This document shows, piece after piece, positions 29,753 through 42,365 of a stretch of 64,000 nt of DNA (positions within the stretch are counted from its first letter, which is position 1; the number at the start of each line of letters is the position of its first letter). A program made the translations under genes and the position numbers. Source of the stretch: Longimicrobiales bacterium (GTDB lineage Bacteria > Gemmatimonadota > Gemmatimonadetes > Longimicrobiales > Gaopeijiaceae); contig CBDFIQ010000002.1 in assembly GCA_965248195.1 (NCBI GenBank), positions 2,752,001 to 2,816,000 of the forward strand, given 5' to 3'. The notes below the pieces were generated by a model, which was not told the origin of the DNA, did no database searches, and worked only from the letters and a program-made list of their open reading frames with translations.

Positions 29753-30514
29753 TCAGTTGCCCAGGTTCAAGCTGAGGTCCGGGCGCAGGACGAAGATCTC
29801 GTTCGTCGACGAGGCGATCGCCTCATCCAATATGCCGAGGAGGCTCTGGGACTCGAACTCCCCGAATGCTTGCTCAAGGAGGGCGTCGAACTCGGCGGGC
29901 CCAGACATGCTGGCGAAGTTCTCGTGCGGGATCGAGACGACCCATTCGCCTAGGCTTCCACCTTGGGCCCCCTGGAAGACAAGGTACTGGACGGGAACGT
30001 TTGCGCCCTCGAAGGCCGTCTTGAGACTCTCGAGGAAGTGTACCCACTCTGGGTCGTGACCGGGGTTCACCTGAAAAGTGATCACCTCGTAGAGGGGACT
30101 GAGGGCAGCACCTCCACCCAGCATGCTGAGGTCGGGCCGCAGCCGTATCAGCTGGGCGACGACATTTTCCACGTGGGGCGCGATGTTGCGGTCGATGCTC
30201 TCCGCGTTGGCTACCGGATCCACATCAGGTTGGTCGAAGTCGGCGTAGGTGTGTCCGCCACTGAAGAAAAAGTACTGGCCCGTGCGCGCGCCGAAAGCGA
30301 TCTCGAACGCAGCCCACGTCCACGAGCCGCCTTCCTCGCCTACCCACTCCAGGTGCTTGCTGGCGCCCTCCTCGAATGCCGATGCATGTCCCGGCATAGG
30401 CTCAGCGGCTACGACATAGGCCATGTTGGCAGGCGTATCTTGCGCCGGCGCGGGCGAGGTGACGGTCAGAATCGGGATAGCCGCGAGGGCCAAGAGGAAT
30501 ACAAGCTTTTTCAT
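29753..30514 (-). CDS. Exported hypothetical protein with two similar halves
   Basis: Signal peptide; both halves end in (L)RPDLS; AGGAGG RBS. Confidence 0.8.
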   Translation of the reverse strand: MKKLVFLLALAAIPILTVTSPAPAQDTPANMAYVVAAEPMPGHASAFEEGASKHLEWVGEEGGSWTWAAFEIAFGARTGQYFFFSGGHTYADFDQPDVDPVANAESIDRNIAPHVENVVAQLIRLRPDLSMLGGGAALSPLYEVITFQVNPGHDPEWVHFLESLKTAFEGANVPVQYLVFQGAQGGSLGEWVVSIPHENFASMSGPAEFDALLEQAFGEFESQSLLGILDEAIASSTNEIFVLRPDLSLNLGN

Positions 30515-30645
30515 GGTGCCTCCTGCCAGTGGTGAGGCCAGGTGTTCGGTGCCTCGTGGGAGTCGTCATCACGTCCGGGCCTCCGGACCGAGCAGAGAAC
30601 GTGAGGGTCCAGTTGGGCGATCGCAAGCACCGATCGGGCCATGAT

Positions 30646-30689
30646 AGGGACGGGGATTTCAAATGTCTTTTCTCCGGCACGCGGCTTGA
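30646..30689. promoter_or_regulatory. Conserved intergenic motif, copy B (divergent region before fdnG)
   Basis: AGGGACGGGGATTTCAAATGTCTTTTC..CGGCACGCGGCTTGA. Confidence 0.55.
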
Positions 30690-30873
30690 CCGCCGAGACA
30701 CTCCAGGAACCTCCCCTCGCGAGGCCGTGGAGGAAGTACCAGTGAGGCCGATCGGCCTCGCGCGTTTGCCGATCGACCGTCGGCCTTCCTATTATCTTAT
30801 GGTGTTCCCGGCTGCCCCCGAACCCCGCTATGCCGGCGAGTGACAAAACGATGATGATGGACGTCTCACCACG

Positions 30874-33870
30874 ATGACGCCGGACATCTCTCGACGAGAG
30901 CTTCTCAAGGTCTCCGCCCTCGCGGGTGGGGCCAGTCTCGTCAGCGCGTTGGGTTTCGACTTGAAGCCCGCCTACGCGGCCGCTCGTGAGCTCAAGATCT
31001 CCAACGCGCGGGAATTCAAGACGGTGTGCCCCTACTGTGCGGTGGGGTGCGGGGCGATCGCTTATGTGCACGGGAGCGGTGGCCTGAACACGGTGAACTC
31101 CATCATCCACGTGGAGGGTGATCCGGACAGCCCCATCAACGGGGGGACGTTGTGCCCGAAGGGGGCGGCCCAGATGCAGCTCGCCATGAGCCCACGCCTC
31201 CAGGAGGGCCCCCTCCACCGAGAGGCGGGCGCTTCGGAGTGGACCGAGGTCACCTGGGATTGGGCCATGGATTGGTTCGCGAGGAAGTTCAAGGATTCGC
31301 GGGACGCCTCGTTCGTGGAGCGGGACGAGGAGGGACGGACGGTCAACCGCTGCGAGGGCATCGGCTGGGTGGGAAGCGCCACGGTGGCCAACGAGGACGC
31401 CTACTTCATCACCAAGACGATGCGCGCCATGGGGCTGGTCTACATCGATCACCAGGCCCGCATATGACACAGCCCCACAGTGGCCAGTTTGGCCGCAACG
31501 TTCGGGCGGGGCGCCATGACCAACCACTGGAAGGACATCAAGAACACCGACGTGGTGCTGGTCATGGGCGCCAACCCGGCGGAGAATCACCCCTGCGGGT
31601 TCAAGTGGGCCCTCGACGCGAGGGATGAGCGCGGCGCCCGGATCATAACGGTCGACCCCCGTTATACCCGCACCTCCGCCGTCGCCGATCATCACCTGCA
31701 AATTCGCCCCGGCTCCGACATCGCGGTCCTGGGGGGGATGATTCACAAGGTTCTCGACGAAGGGCTCTTCCACGAGGAGTACGTCCGGCTGCACACCAAT
31801 GCCTCGTTCATCGTGGAAGAGGGCTTCGGATTCGAGAACGGTCTTTTCGCGGGATTCGACCAGGCCCAGGGCGCCTACGACCGGACGGCCTGGGAGTACG
31901 AGCGCGGGCCGGACGGCTTCGTGCGCAGGGACATGACGCTGCAGGACCCTCGCTGCGTCTTCCAGCTCCTGAAGGATCACTACAGCCGCTACACGCCGGA
32001 GGTGGTCGCGCAGATCGCGGGATGCTCCGCCGAGCAGTTCCTCGCCATGGCGGAGATCGTCTGCTCCACGGGGACCGCCGACCGGGTCGGCACCATCATG
32101 TATGCCGTGGGCTGGACCATGCACACCGTCGGGAGCCAGATCATCCGCACCGCGGCGATCCTCCAGCTCATCCTCGGCAACATCGGGCGGCCGGGAGGCG
32201 GTATCAACGCGCTCAGGGGTCACGCCAACGTGCAGGGCGCGACGGACCACGCCATCGTCGCCGGCATCCTTCCTGGCTACCTGAGGGTTCCCAGCCCCGC
32301 TCAGACGTCTCTGGCAAACCATCTCGCGGAGTCCACGCCGAGGCCGCTGGTACCCGACACGGTCAACTACTGGGGCAACTACCCCAAGTTCATGATTTCC
32401 CAGCTCAAGGCGTGGTTCGGCGATACGGTCGGGCCGGAGAATGAGTACGGATATCACTACCTGGGTAAACCGGCCGACGACGCGACGTGGCTCTCCATGT
32501 GGGACCAGGCGCATCAGGGGAGGCTCGAGGGGCTGGTGGCCTTGGGCTTCAATCCGCTCCTGGCCGGACCGGACGTGCCTCGCCTCCTGCGGGCCATGGC
32601 GAACCTGCAATGGAAGGTGGTCATCGATCCGTTCATGCTGGATTCGGCAGAGTTCTGGAGGGCACCGGACGTCGATCCCGCCGAGATCCAGACCGAAGTG
32701 CTCTACCTTCCGGCCACGCACTGGGTCGAGCGCGCGGGCTCCTTCACGAACTCGGGGCGCTGGGCCCAGTGGAAGGAGCAAGCCATCGACGCCCCGGACG
32801 GGGTCCGCTCCGACACGTGGATCCTCTCCGAGCTCTTCTGGCGTGTGAAGGAGCTCTACGAAGAAGAGGGGGGAGCATACCACGAGCCGATCCTCAACCT
32901 CCAGTGGAACTACCTGAACCAGCGGGAGCCCCGCCTGGAGGAGTTGGCCCAGGAGATCAACGGGTCCGACCTCGGAACGGGCGAACTCCTCTCGTCCTTC
33001 GGGCAACTCCGTGATGACGGCACGACCACGTCGGGAAACTGGCTCTACACCGGCAGCTTCACCGAAGAGGGGAACATGATGGCTCGGCGCGGGACGGACG
33101 ATCCCAGCGGAATGGGCTTCCATCATGACTGGGCGTTCAGCTGGCCCGCGAACAGGCGCGTTCTCTACAACCGGGCGTCGGCGGATGGGGAGGGCAGGCC
33201 GTGGGACGGCAGCCGGGCTGGAATTCGATGGACGGGCGAGAGGTGGATCGGTGACATCCCGGACTACGGACCGACCACGCCGCCCAATCAGGCGGGCGCG
33301 TTCATCATGACCGAGGAGGGCGTGGCGAGGCTGTTCACGACCTATCTGGTGGACGGACCGTTCTCCGAGCACTACGAGCCGGTGGAGAGTCCGACCCCCA
33401 ACATCCTGCACGAAGACGTTCCGACCAACCCGCTGATCCGTTGGTACGACGGTGTCCGAGAGACGCTGGCCAACGGCAGGGACGAATACCCCTACGTGTG
33501 CACGGTCTACCGTGTCGTGGAGCGCGAGCACTTCGTGACGTCCAACGTCCCGTACCTCGTCGAGTTGATGCCCGACTTCTTCGTCGAAGTCCCGTACGGC
33601 CTCGCCGAGGAAAAGGGGATCGAGAACGGCGAGCGGGTCCGCGTGTGGTCCAAACGTGGTGAGGTGGAGGGAGTGGCCGTGGTCACCAAGCGGATCAAGC
33701 CGCTCACGGTAAACGGCGAGACGTGCTGGACCGTCGGCGTCCCCGTTCACTGGGGCTTCAAGGGGATCACCACCGGTTCGATGGCCAACAACCTCACGCC
33801 CTTCGTCGGGGACGCCAACACGGGCTGCCCCGAGTTCAAGGCCTTTCTCGTGAACCTGGAGAAGGCCTGA
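30874..33870 (+). CDS. fdnG: Formate dehydrogenase-N/O alpha subunit, selenoprotein (UGA at 31465-31467)
   Basis: Tat signal SRRELLK; CPYCAVGC...C; QARI-UGA-HSPT in frame with downstream ORF; ALRGHANVQG. Confidence 0.95.
31468..31500 (+). promoter_or_regulatory. Putative bacterial SECIS element
   Basis: Hairpin GTGGCC-AGTTT-GGCCGC at 31480-31496 just 3' of the UGA, with GT in the loop. Confidence 0.7.
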
Positions 33871-34856
33871 TGGCCACGGACGAAGGCGTGCTGGCCCAGA
33901 CCGCGCAGGGTCCCCAGAGCGGCCTCGCCGTCAGGCGGATCTCGGCTACGCCCGGCCACTCGCTCGAGCGAGGACCCGACGGCGCGCCCGCTGCCCGAAC
34001 GGGACCCGAGTACGCGAAACTCATCGACATCTCGCGCTGTATCGGCTGCAAGGGCTGCGAGGTGGCGTGCAAGGAGTGGAACGAGCTCGGTGTGGAGCCC
34101 ACGGAGAACTTCGGCAGCATGCAGAGCCATCGTGACCTCGGCCCGGACACGTGGCTGCTCATGCGCTTCAACGAGATCGAGGTCGGGGATGACGTCCAGT
34201 GGCTGATCAAGAAGGACGCTTGCCTCCACTGCGAGGAGCCCGGCTGTCTGTACGCATGCCCCGCGCCGGGAGCGATCGTCCAGTACGAGAACGGGATCGT
34301 CGACTTCAACCATGACAGCTGCATCGGCTGTCAGCTGTGTGTGTCCGGTTGCCCCTTCGACATCCCTCGATTCAATCAGGACACGAAAAAGGTCTACAAG
34401 TGCAACATGTGCGTCGATCGGGTCGAGGCTGGGCTGGAGCCGGCGTGCGTGAAGACCTGCCCGACGAACGCCATCTCCTGGGGGACGAAGGAGGACATGG
34501 TGGCGCTGGGCGAGAAGAAGGTGGAGGGGCTCCAAGGGAGGGGCTTCGAGAACGCCAGCCTTTACGACCCTGCGGGCGTGGGCGGCACGCACATGATGTA
34601 CGTGGTGCCGCACGGGGACCAGCTGGATGAGTACGATCTACCGGCTGATCCTACGGCCGCCCCGGGTGCCCTCGCTGCCTTGGGGGGCCTCAGGCAGCTC
34701 GGCGCCTCCGCGCTCGGCCTCGGGCTTTTGGCCACGGCGCTCCACTACCTGGGGTTCGGGCCTCAGGAGCCTGAGCCGGAGGGGGTCGGAGCCGGGCCGT
34801 CCAGCGAAGGGGCAGGCACGGCGGGAGGCGAAGCCGCCGGGAGCACCGACGCGTGA
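33870..34856 (+). CDS. fdnH: Formate dehydrogenase iron-sulfur subunit
   Basis: Four Cys clusters (CIGCKGCEVAC, CLHCEEPGC, CIGCQLC, CNMC); C-terminal TM. Confidence 0.95.
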   Translation: MATDEGVLAQTAQGPQSGLAVRRISATPGHSLERGPDGAPAARTGPEYAKLIDISRCIGCKGCEVACKEWNELGVEPTENFGSMQSHRDLGPDTWLLMRFNEIEVGDDVQWLIKKDACLHCEEPGCLYACPAPGAIVQYENGIVDFNHDSCIGCQLCVSGCPFDIPRFNQDTKKVYKCNMCVDRVEAGLEPACVKTCPTNAISWGTKEDMVALGEKKVEGLQGRGFENASLYDPAGVGGTHMMYVVPHGDQLDEYDLPADPTAAPGALAALGGLRQLGASALGLGLLATALHYLGFGPQEPEPEGVGAGPSSEGAGTAGGEAAGSTDA

Positions 34857-35488
34857 ACGACCCGGGAGACCTCCAGCGCTTCACGTACACCGAGCGGGTC
34901 ACGCATTGGGTGGCCGGCCTCTCGTTCGTGTTTCTCCTCTTCACGGGTCTGGCCTTCTCTCACCCACGGCTCTTTTGGATCACCAGCCTCGTCGGCGGCG
35001 GATCGACGGCTCGCATCCTTCACCCGTGGATGGGCGTCCTCTTTACGGGGTCGATGGTGATCATGTTCATCATGTGGGCCAAGGAGATGGGGATCCAAGA
35101 CCACGACCGAGCCTGGCTGAAGGCGGTGAAACACTATGCCGTCCACGACAAGGAAAACGTCCCCGAGGCGGGCAAGTACAACGCCGGTCAGAAGCTGTTC
35201 TTCTGGTCGATAGCCCTTCTCGGCATCGCCTACGTCGTCACGGGGATTCCCATGTGGATGCCCGGCGGAGCCCTGGGCCTGGGACCGTTCTATGGAGGCG
35301 TAGTGAACAGTATGCGCTTGGTCCATTACCTCTCCACGGTGGCCGGCGGCCTACTCCTGATCGTGCACGTGTACCTCGGCACCATCGCATATCCGGGCAC
35401 CCTGCGCGGAATGCTCCACGGGTCCGTGTCGCGCGCCTGGGCCAAGCTCCACCACCCGCTTTGGCAGAAGGAGCAATCCGGGTCTTGA
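34853..35488 (+). CDS. fdnI: Formate dehydrogenase cytochrome b556 subunit
   Basis: ERVTHW, RILHPW, GKYNAGQK, WAKLHHPLW. Confidence 0.95.
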   Translation: MNDPGDLQRFTYTERVTHWVAGLSFVFLLFTGLAFSHPRLFWITSLVGGGSTARILHPWMGVLFTGSMVIMFIMWAKEMGIQDHDRAWLKAVKHYAVHDKENVPEAGKYNAGQKLFFWSIALLGIAYVVTGIPMWMPGGALGLGPFYGGVVNSMRLVHYLSTVAGGLLLIVHVYLGTIAYPGTLRGMLHGSVSRAWAKLHHPLWQKEQSGS

Positions 35489-35523
35489 GCCTCCACGGCT
35501 CTCGATCCCTGGGCAACCTCTAG

Positions 35524-36513
<990 letters not shown>

Positions 36514-36679
36514 AGCTCACTGGTTCCGCCAGAAAGCCACATCTCTTGGCGAGTTCGGGGATCTCGGAGGGTGACCCTCCCTCTTGCCCTCTCCCGATCC
36601 GCCACTCTACGCTGTCTGGTGTCGTAAGCAGGCCTTCCGCTTGAGGCGAAGGCCTACCAGCCTAGCAACCGGGCGTACC

Positions 36680-37690
36680 ATGGCTTCAATGAAGAGACTG
36701 AGAGTCACGAGCCTGCTGGTCCTCCTCGTCGCAGTCGGGGCCTGTGGGGCGCCGGAACAGACAGCCGGCCCCGGCGCCGGGGGCATCCTGCGTGTCGACC
36801 CGCGGCTCGACGCCCTCGTGCCCGCCGACGCTCGAATCGAGAAGCTGGCCGACGGGTTCGTCTTCACGGAAGGGCCGGTCTGGATCCAGAGCGAGTCTCG
36901 GCTCCTGTTCTCCGACGTACGAGCCAACACCATCTATCAGTGGACCGAGGCCGAGGGGGCAAGCACCTTCATCGATCCCGTGTTCGAGGGCGACATCACC
37001 GGCCGCCGGTCCGTCAGCTCCAACGGCCTGACGCTCGACGCAGACGGTCGGTTGATTATCTGCGAGCACGGAAATCGCCTCATCTCACGGCTCGAAGCGG
37101 ATGGCAGCCGAACGACGGTCGTCGACAGCTACCAGGGAAGACGGCTGAACAGTCCGAACGACGCCGTCTACAGCACGGACGGCTGGCTCTATTTCACCGA
37201 CCCCCCCTACGGGCTGGAGGGCCTCGAGGAGTCGCCGATGCGGGAGCTCGACTTCAACGGCATTTACCGGCTGTCTCCCGACGGCGAGTTGGAGCTGCTG
37301 TACGCGGATCAGACCCGCCCGAACGGTATCGCCCTCTCGCCTGATGAGAGGACGCTCTACGTGGCAAACTCCGACGCGAACGATAAGGTCTGGTACGCCT
37401 ACGACGTGGGCGATGACGGTCTGTCGAACCCGCGCGTGTTCTATGACGTGAACGATCAGACGGCGCCGGGGGCCGCGGACGGCATGACCGTCGACCTTGC
37501 TGGGCACATCTTCGCGACGGGGCCGGGCGGGGTCTGGATCTTCGCGCCCGACGGCACACACCTGGGCACCATCCAACTCGACGAGGTGGTGGCAAACGCC
37601 GGCTGGGGTGATGACGGGCGCACGCTCTACATGACCGCGAGCACGGGACTGTATCGAATTCGGCTGACGACGGAAGGGGCGATTCTGTAG
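36680..37690 (+). CDS. SMP-30/gluconolactonase family lipoprotein
   Basis: EGPVW, SNGL, NSPND, FTDPPYG, PNGIALSPD, ADGM. Confidence 0.92.
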   Translation: MASMKRLRVTSLLVLLVAVGACGAPEQTAGPGAGGILRVDPRLDALVPADARIEKLADGFVFTEGPVWIQSESRLLFSDVRANTIYQWTEAEGASTFIDPVFEGDITGRRSVSSNGLTLDADGRLIICEHGNRLISRLEADGSRTTVVDSYQGRRLNSPNDAVYSTDGWLYFTDPPYGLEGLEESPMRELDFNGIYRLSPDGELELLYADQTRPNGIALSPDERTLYVANSDANDKVWYAYDVGDDGLSNPRVFYDVNDQTAPGAADGMTVDLAGHIFATGPGGVWIFAPDGTHLGTIQLDEVVANAGWGDDGRTLYMTASTGLYRIRLTTEGAIL

Positions 37691-37691
37691 G

Positions 37692-38781
37692 TCAGCGGGC
37701 CTCCGCGTCCAAGCGTTCCTGATAGCGCGCGCCGCTCAGCACGTTGGCGAGGGCGTAGTTCCCCTCGTGGCAGGCATACTCGTAGAGACGATCGTCCAGC
37801 GCCCTCATCGGTATCTCGCCTCCCCACGGGCGGGTGTAGGTCCCAGGGTCGATGACCGTGAACTCGTAATTGAGCGTGCTCTCGTCCACCCGTGTGAGGC
37901 GCTCGATCACCCTCATGTCCTCGGAGCCACCCGGGTACACATATTCCTGCGCGTTCAGCTGTCTCGGCGGGAGGTTGGTGGTCTCGATCACGAGCGTATC
38001 GCCCTCCCAGTGGCCCCACGAGTCGCCCATCCAGGGACGGATATGCTCCGGCAGCGGCACGCGCTCGCCTAGCCGGATGATACGCACGTCGTGGACCATC
38101 TCCGCCAAGATCATGATGTGGTCGGGGGTCTGCACGATCGCATAATTGTTGTTGTAGAAGTAGTTCGGGAGCATCGGAGGGCCGGCGTTGGACCCGAACG
38201 ACATGAGGCAGCGCTCGCCGAGCGGCCGATTCTCCGGATTGTCGAACTCGCCGAATTGGCTGTTGAACTCCGTGAGCTCGGCGGACCGTTGCTGCGCCTC
38301 GGGCGTCAGGGGAGGAATGCGGCCGTCTGCGGGGTTGGTGACGAGAGAGCTTCGCCGCTCGCCGTTGAAGATGGCAACCCGGTCGCCCCCGTCGATATAG
38401 ACGTAGTTGTAGCCCCCTGTTCCGCCGGAGGCCGCGTCGAAGAGCAAGTCTCCTGTGAACTGGCCCCCCACCGGTGGCGCCTCGCGATCGGGATCGCTGG
38501 GGGCCGAGGCCTCCTCGATGTATTGCTCGCGCCGCCCCTCGATCGCCGCCACCTCGTCCGGCGTCAGTACAGGGGCGAATCCTGCCGGACGCTGCATCGG
38601 CGTGATCGTCGCGTTTGTCCAGTTCCCCTGGAGGTCCGGACGACCATCGGGGTGTACGGGGCACCACCCACTGCTGTCTGTCAGACGTGGGCTCCCGGGC
38701 CGCAGCGGACGGCGGGGCCACCAACGCGGACGCGCCTACGAAGCTGAGCGCCAAAAGCGAAGCAGAATAACGTGCGATCAT
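37692..38781 (-). pseudogene. Exported hypothetical protein (paralog of 48263..49327), +1 frameshift at ~38650
   Basis: WVVPRTP|DGRPDLQGNW is restored by removing one base from a 4-nt run; YEYACHEGNY. Confidence 0.8.
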
Positions 38782-39001
38782 CTCACCTCCTCTGAGCTCG
38801 CCAACCGTACTCCGATAATGTCACCCTCGACCTGACCCGGCCAGTTGACGCTCGCCAACCGACGGAGGACACCGGTGGCTCCCGGAGCGCAGCCTCCCCG
38901 GCCTATCTCGCGCGTTTGATGACGACCGCGTACTCTGAGCGAGCTCACTCCATATCGGTCGTGCCGGTGCCTTTTCCCCTCAGCGACCCTCAGAGGCCAG
39001 A

Positions 39002-40258
39002 ATGATCCACAGGGGCACGATTACTCTCGCTCTCCTCGCCCTCGTCTCGGTCCCCGCTTCCGCTCAGCGGTTTCCCGTGGCCGAGCCGGAGGAGGTCGGA
39101 CTGTCAGCCGAGCGCTTGCAGCGAATCGATGACGTTTTCCAGAGCTACGCCGAGGAGGGTCGCATCGCGGGGGCCGTGGGGGTGATCCTGAGGCACGGAA
39201 AGCTTGCGTACACAGGCGCCTGGGGGATGCGGGACGTGGCGGCGGGGGACCCGCTGGAGGCCGACGATATCTTCCGCATAGCCTCCATGACGAAGCCCAT
39301 CACAAGCGTAGCCGTGATGATGCTTTATGAGGAGGGGCACTTCTTCCTCAGAGATCCGGTCGGTCGGTACCTACCGGAGCTCGCCGACGTTCGAGTGGCC
39401 CGGCTCTCGGAGGCAACGTCCGCGGACGACATTCCGACCGAGCGGGCTCGCCGACCGATCACGATTCAGGACCTGCTCAGTCATACGTCGGGCCTCACCT
39501 ACGGGTCATTCTCCGACACCGTCGTCGACTCGCTCTACCGCCGAGAGAGGGTCGGAGGCCAGCCGACGCTCGCGGAGATGATGACCGAGCTGGGTGAGCT
39601 CCCGCTGGCGTACCAGCCGGGAACGCGGTGGCACTACAGCCTTTCCACCGACGTGCTCGGCCGACTCGTGGAGGTCGTTTCAGGACAATCGTTCGATGTG
39701 TTCCTTCGCGAGCGGATCTTCGACCCCCTCGGTATGGTCGATACGGGATTCCACGTGCCAGGCCCCGAGCAAGATCGCCTTACCCGTGAGTATGGGCACC
39801 AGGGCCCCGAGCGGACGCTCACGGTCGGCGACACACTCCGCTTCAAGCGGCCCCCCACAAGGTTCTCCGGGGGTGGGGGTCTCGTGTCCACTGCGCACGA
39901 CTACGCCAGGTTCGCCCAGATGCTGCTCAACGGCGGAGAGCTGGACGGGGCTCGGATCCTCGGTCGGAAGACGATAGAGCTGATGACCGTCGATCACTTG
40001 GAGGACGGGATGCCTACAGGGTTCCTACAACCCGGATGGGGCTTCGGGCTCGGGTTTACGGTGAAAAAGGAGGCGGGCCTGGATGGCATGCCCGGATCGG
40101 TGGGGAACTATTACTGGTACGGCATCCGGGGGACTTCCTTTTGGGTAGACCCCGAAGAGGACCTCGTCGGCGTGTTCATGATCCAGATTCGTCCGAATAG
40201 TGACATCACATTCCGGCGGCAATTCAAGAGGCTGGTGTATCAGGCGGTGATCGACTAA
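39002..40258 (+). CDS. Serine hydrolase, beta-lactamase-like family
   Basis: FRIASMTK (SxxK), LLSHTSGL, WHYS. Confidence 0.92.
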   Translation: MIHRGTITLALLALVSVPASAQRFPVAEPEEVGLSAERLQRIDDVFQSYAEEGRIAGAVGVILRHGKLAYTGAWGMRDVAAGDPLEADDIFRIASMTKPITSVAVMMLYEEGHFFLRDPVGRYLPELADVRVARLSEATSADDIPTERARRPITIQDLLSHTSGLTYGSFSDTVVDSLYRRERVGGQPTLAEMMTELGELPLAYQPGTRWHYSLSTDVLGRLVEVVSGQSFDVFLRERIFDPLGMVDTGFHVPGPEQDRLTREYGHQGPERTLTVGDTLRFKRPPTRFSGGGGLVSTAHDYARFAQMLLNGGELDGARILGRKTIELMTVDHLEDGMPTGFLQPGWGFGLGFTVKKEAGLDGMPGSVGNYYWYGIRGTSFWVDPEEDLVGVFMIQIRPNSDITFRRQFKRLVYQAVID

Positions 40259-40315
40259 CCGCTCGGGGGAGTAACGGGCGCGGGCGATCAAGGACTCGAA
40301 CACAGTAAGGATGAA

Positions 40316-40720
40316 ATGAAGTTCAGCAGCATCCCTCTCAGCGGAGTGCTCGCGACGGCGATCGTGATCGCCATCGCGGGGGCCGTTGAGGCCGGCGCTC
40401 AGACGGCGGAGGTAGCCGGTAGATGGACCTTCACGGTAACCACCGACGTAACGGGCATCACCTATCCGGAAGTAACGCTGGAACAGGACGGAGAGACGCT
40501 GACCGGGCGCTATTCGTCGGACGCGCTGGGTCAAGCCCCCCTGTCGGGGAGGGTAAGGGGATCGGAGATCACGTTCACGTTCTCGGCGGATGCGCAGGGG
40601 CAGCTCGTCGATGTCACATACAGCGGGACCGTCGACGAAGACGGGAAGATCTCCGGGATGATGGATCTCGCTGGTGGGTTCGTGACGGGGACGTTTACCG
40701 CAGTCCGGTCGGACGGATGA
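40316..40720 (+). CDS. Exported hypothetical beta-rich protein
   Basis: Signal peptide; AGRWTFTV...TFTAVR. Confidence 0.75.
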   Translation: MKFSSIPLSGVLATAIVIAIAGAVEAGAQTAEVAGRWTFTVTTDVTGITYPEVTLEQDGETLTGRYSSDALGQAPLSGRVRGSEITFTFSADAQGQLVDVTYSGTVDEDGKISGMMDLAGGFVTGTFTAVRSDG

Positions 40721-40792
40721 CGTTCCTCGGGGCTCGGATGACGTCCTGACCGTGGGGGCCGCCTCGACCAAGGGGGGAACCTGGATCGATTG

Positions 40793-42365
40793 ATGGCTCA
40801 AATCCGGAAGTGGTTGATCCTCTCACATCGGTACTTGGGCATCGCCCTCGGCCTACTGTTCGTGGTCTGGTTCGCCTCCGGGATCGGAATGATCTACGCG
40901 AGGGGGATGCCGAGCCTGACGGAGGAACTGCGGTTGGAGCGACTGGAGCCGCTGGATCTCCAATCCGTCCGCGTGATGCCGGTGGAGGCCGGAGAACGAG
41001 CGGGTCTCGGCGGCTCATTGGTGAGCGTCACGCTCCTCATGGTGATGGACCGGCCGGCATACCGATTGAATGGCGAGGGCGCGGCGACGGTCTTCGCCGA
41101 CAACGGAGATCTGATGCCCGAGCTGGGTCCCGGTCGGGGCACGCGAGGTGGCGAGTCGATTCATGGACGTTGCCTCGGAGCGGGTCCGCTACGAGGAGCT
41201 TCTGACGCGGTCCGACCAGTGGACCCTATCACTGCGCAGACAGCTCCCGTTTCACAAGCTGAGCATCGAGGACGATCGTGGTACTCAGCTCTATGTGTCA
41301 CCGGAATCGGGAGAGGTGACGCTGCTCACCACACGGGCCGGCCGAGCTCTCGCCTGGGTGTCTGCGATCCCCCATTGGCTCTATTTCACTCCGCTGCGCG
41401 TCCGGCAGACCCTATGGACGAATACCATTCTCTGGACGGCTGGGCTGGGCTGCGTTCTCGCGATCCTGGGAATCACCTTGGGGATCCTTCAGTTCAGGTT
41501 CAGGCGTCCTTTCCGGTGGTCGCGGATCGGCTCCTATATCCCGTATTCGGGCTGGATGCGGTGGCATCACATCACGGGTTTGGTGTTCGGCGTCCTCGCT
41601 CTGACCTGGGTCTTCAGTGGCCTTCTGTCGATGGAGCCGTTCGGATGGGCGTCTCGGCCAGGGCTGAGCACCGGAGAGCTTCGGCGGGCGCTCAGCGGTG
41701 GACCACTCGAGGCGTCGGCCTTCCCGCCGATCGACGGTGACGCCTGGGATGCTCTCCTACCGGGCCAGAGCATCAAGGAGATTACCTACCAACGGATTTT
41801 GGGAGAGCCGTACTTCAGAGTCCTGAGCACACCGACAGAACCCGTGGGGACAACAACTGCTGAGGGTGGAGGAGGTACCGCGAAGCCAGCTGATACGAGG
41901 GGAGTGCTGGTCGATGCCGGAACCCTCGAGGTCCAAAGGGGACCCTTCGTGGTGGACGCCTTGATGGTCCGTGTTCGCGAGACCTATCCGGACGTTCCGA
42001 TTCTCGAAGCCCGCATCCTCGACGAGTACGATTCCTACCATTACTCGCGGGACCAGCAGGCACCGCTGCCGATCCTGCGCGTCAAATTCGCCGATCCCGA
42101 CGAGACATGGCTCTACATCGACCCGCGATCAGGACAGCTGTCGAGGAGCCTCCATCGCCTCGACCGGGTCGAGCGGTGGATCTACCATGGCTTTCACAGT
42201 CTGGACTTCGGGTTCTGGTACTACGACCGCCCATTCTGGGAAGTAGGGGTCATAGTGCTCAGCCTCGGTGGTCTGGCTACGAGCGCAATCGGCCTGTTTG
42301 TAGGGACACGAAGACTGTGGCGTGGGCGGAGGTCGGTTTTCAGGGCCGCCCGGACCCCTCCCTAG
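40793..42365 (+). pseudogene. PepSY-associated TM-helix protein, +1 frameshift at ~41130
   Basis: HRYLG, AIPHWLYF, WHHITGL, YHGFHSLDF spread over two frames. Confidence 0.8.

Noticed and set aside
30511..33750. 1079-aa minus-strand ORF
   Set aside because: Antisense shadow of fdnG caused by GC-rich codon bias; no recognisable motifs
36514..36679. Possible tRNA-Sec (selC) after fdhE
   Set aside because: Only short hairpins; no UCA anticodon arm or T-loop consensus
39002..40258. Antibiotic-resistance beta-lactamase
   Set aside because: The SxxK fold is shared by many esterases and peptidases; nothing specific to AmpC activity is visible
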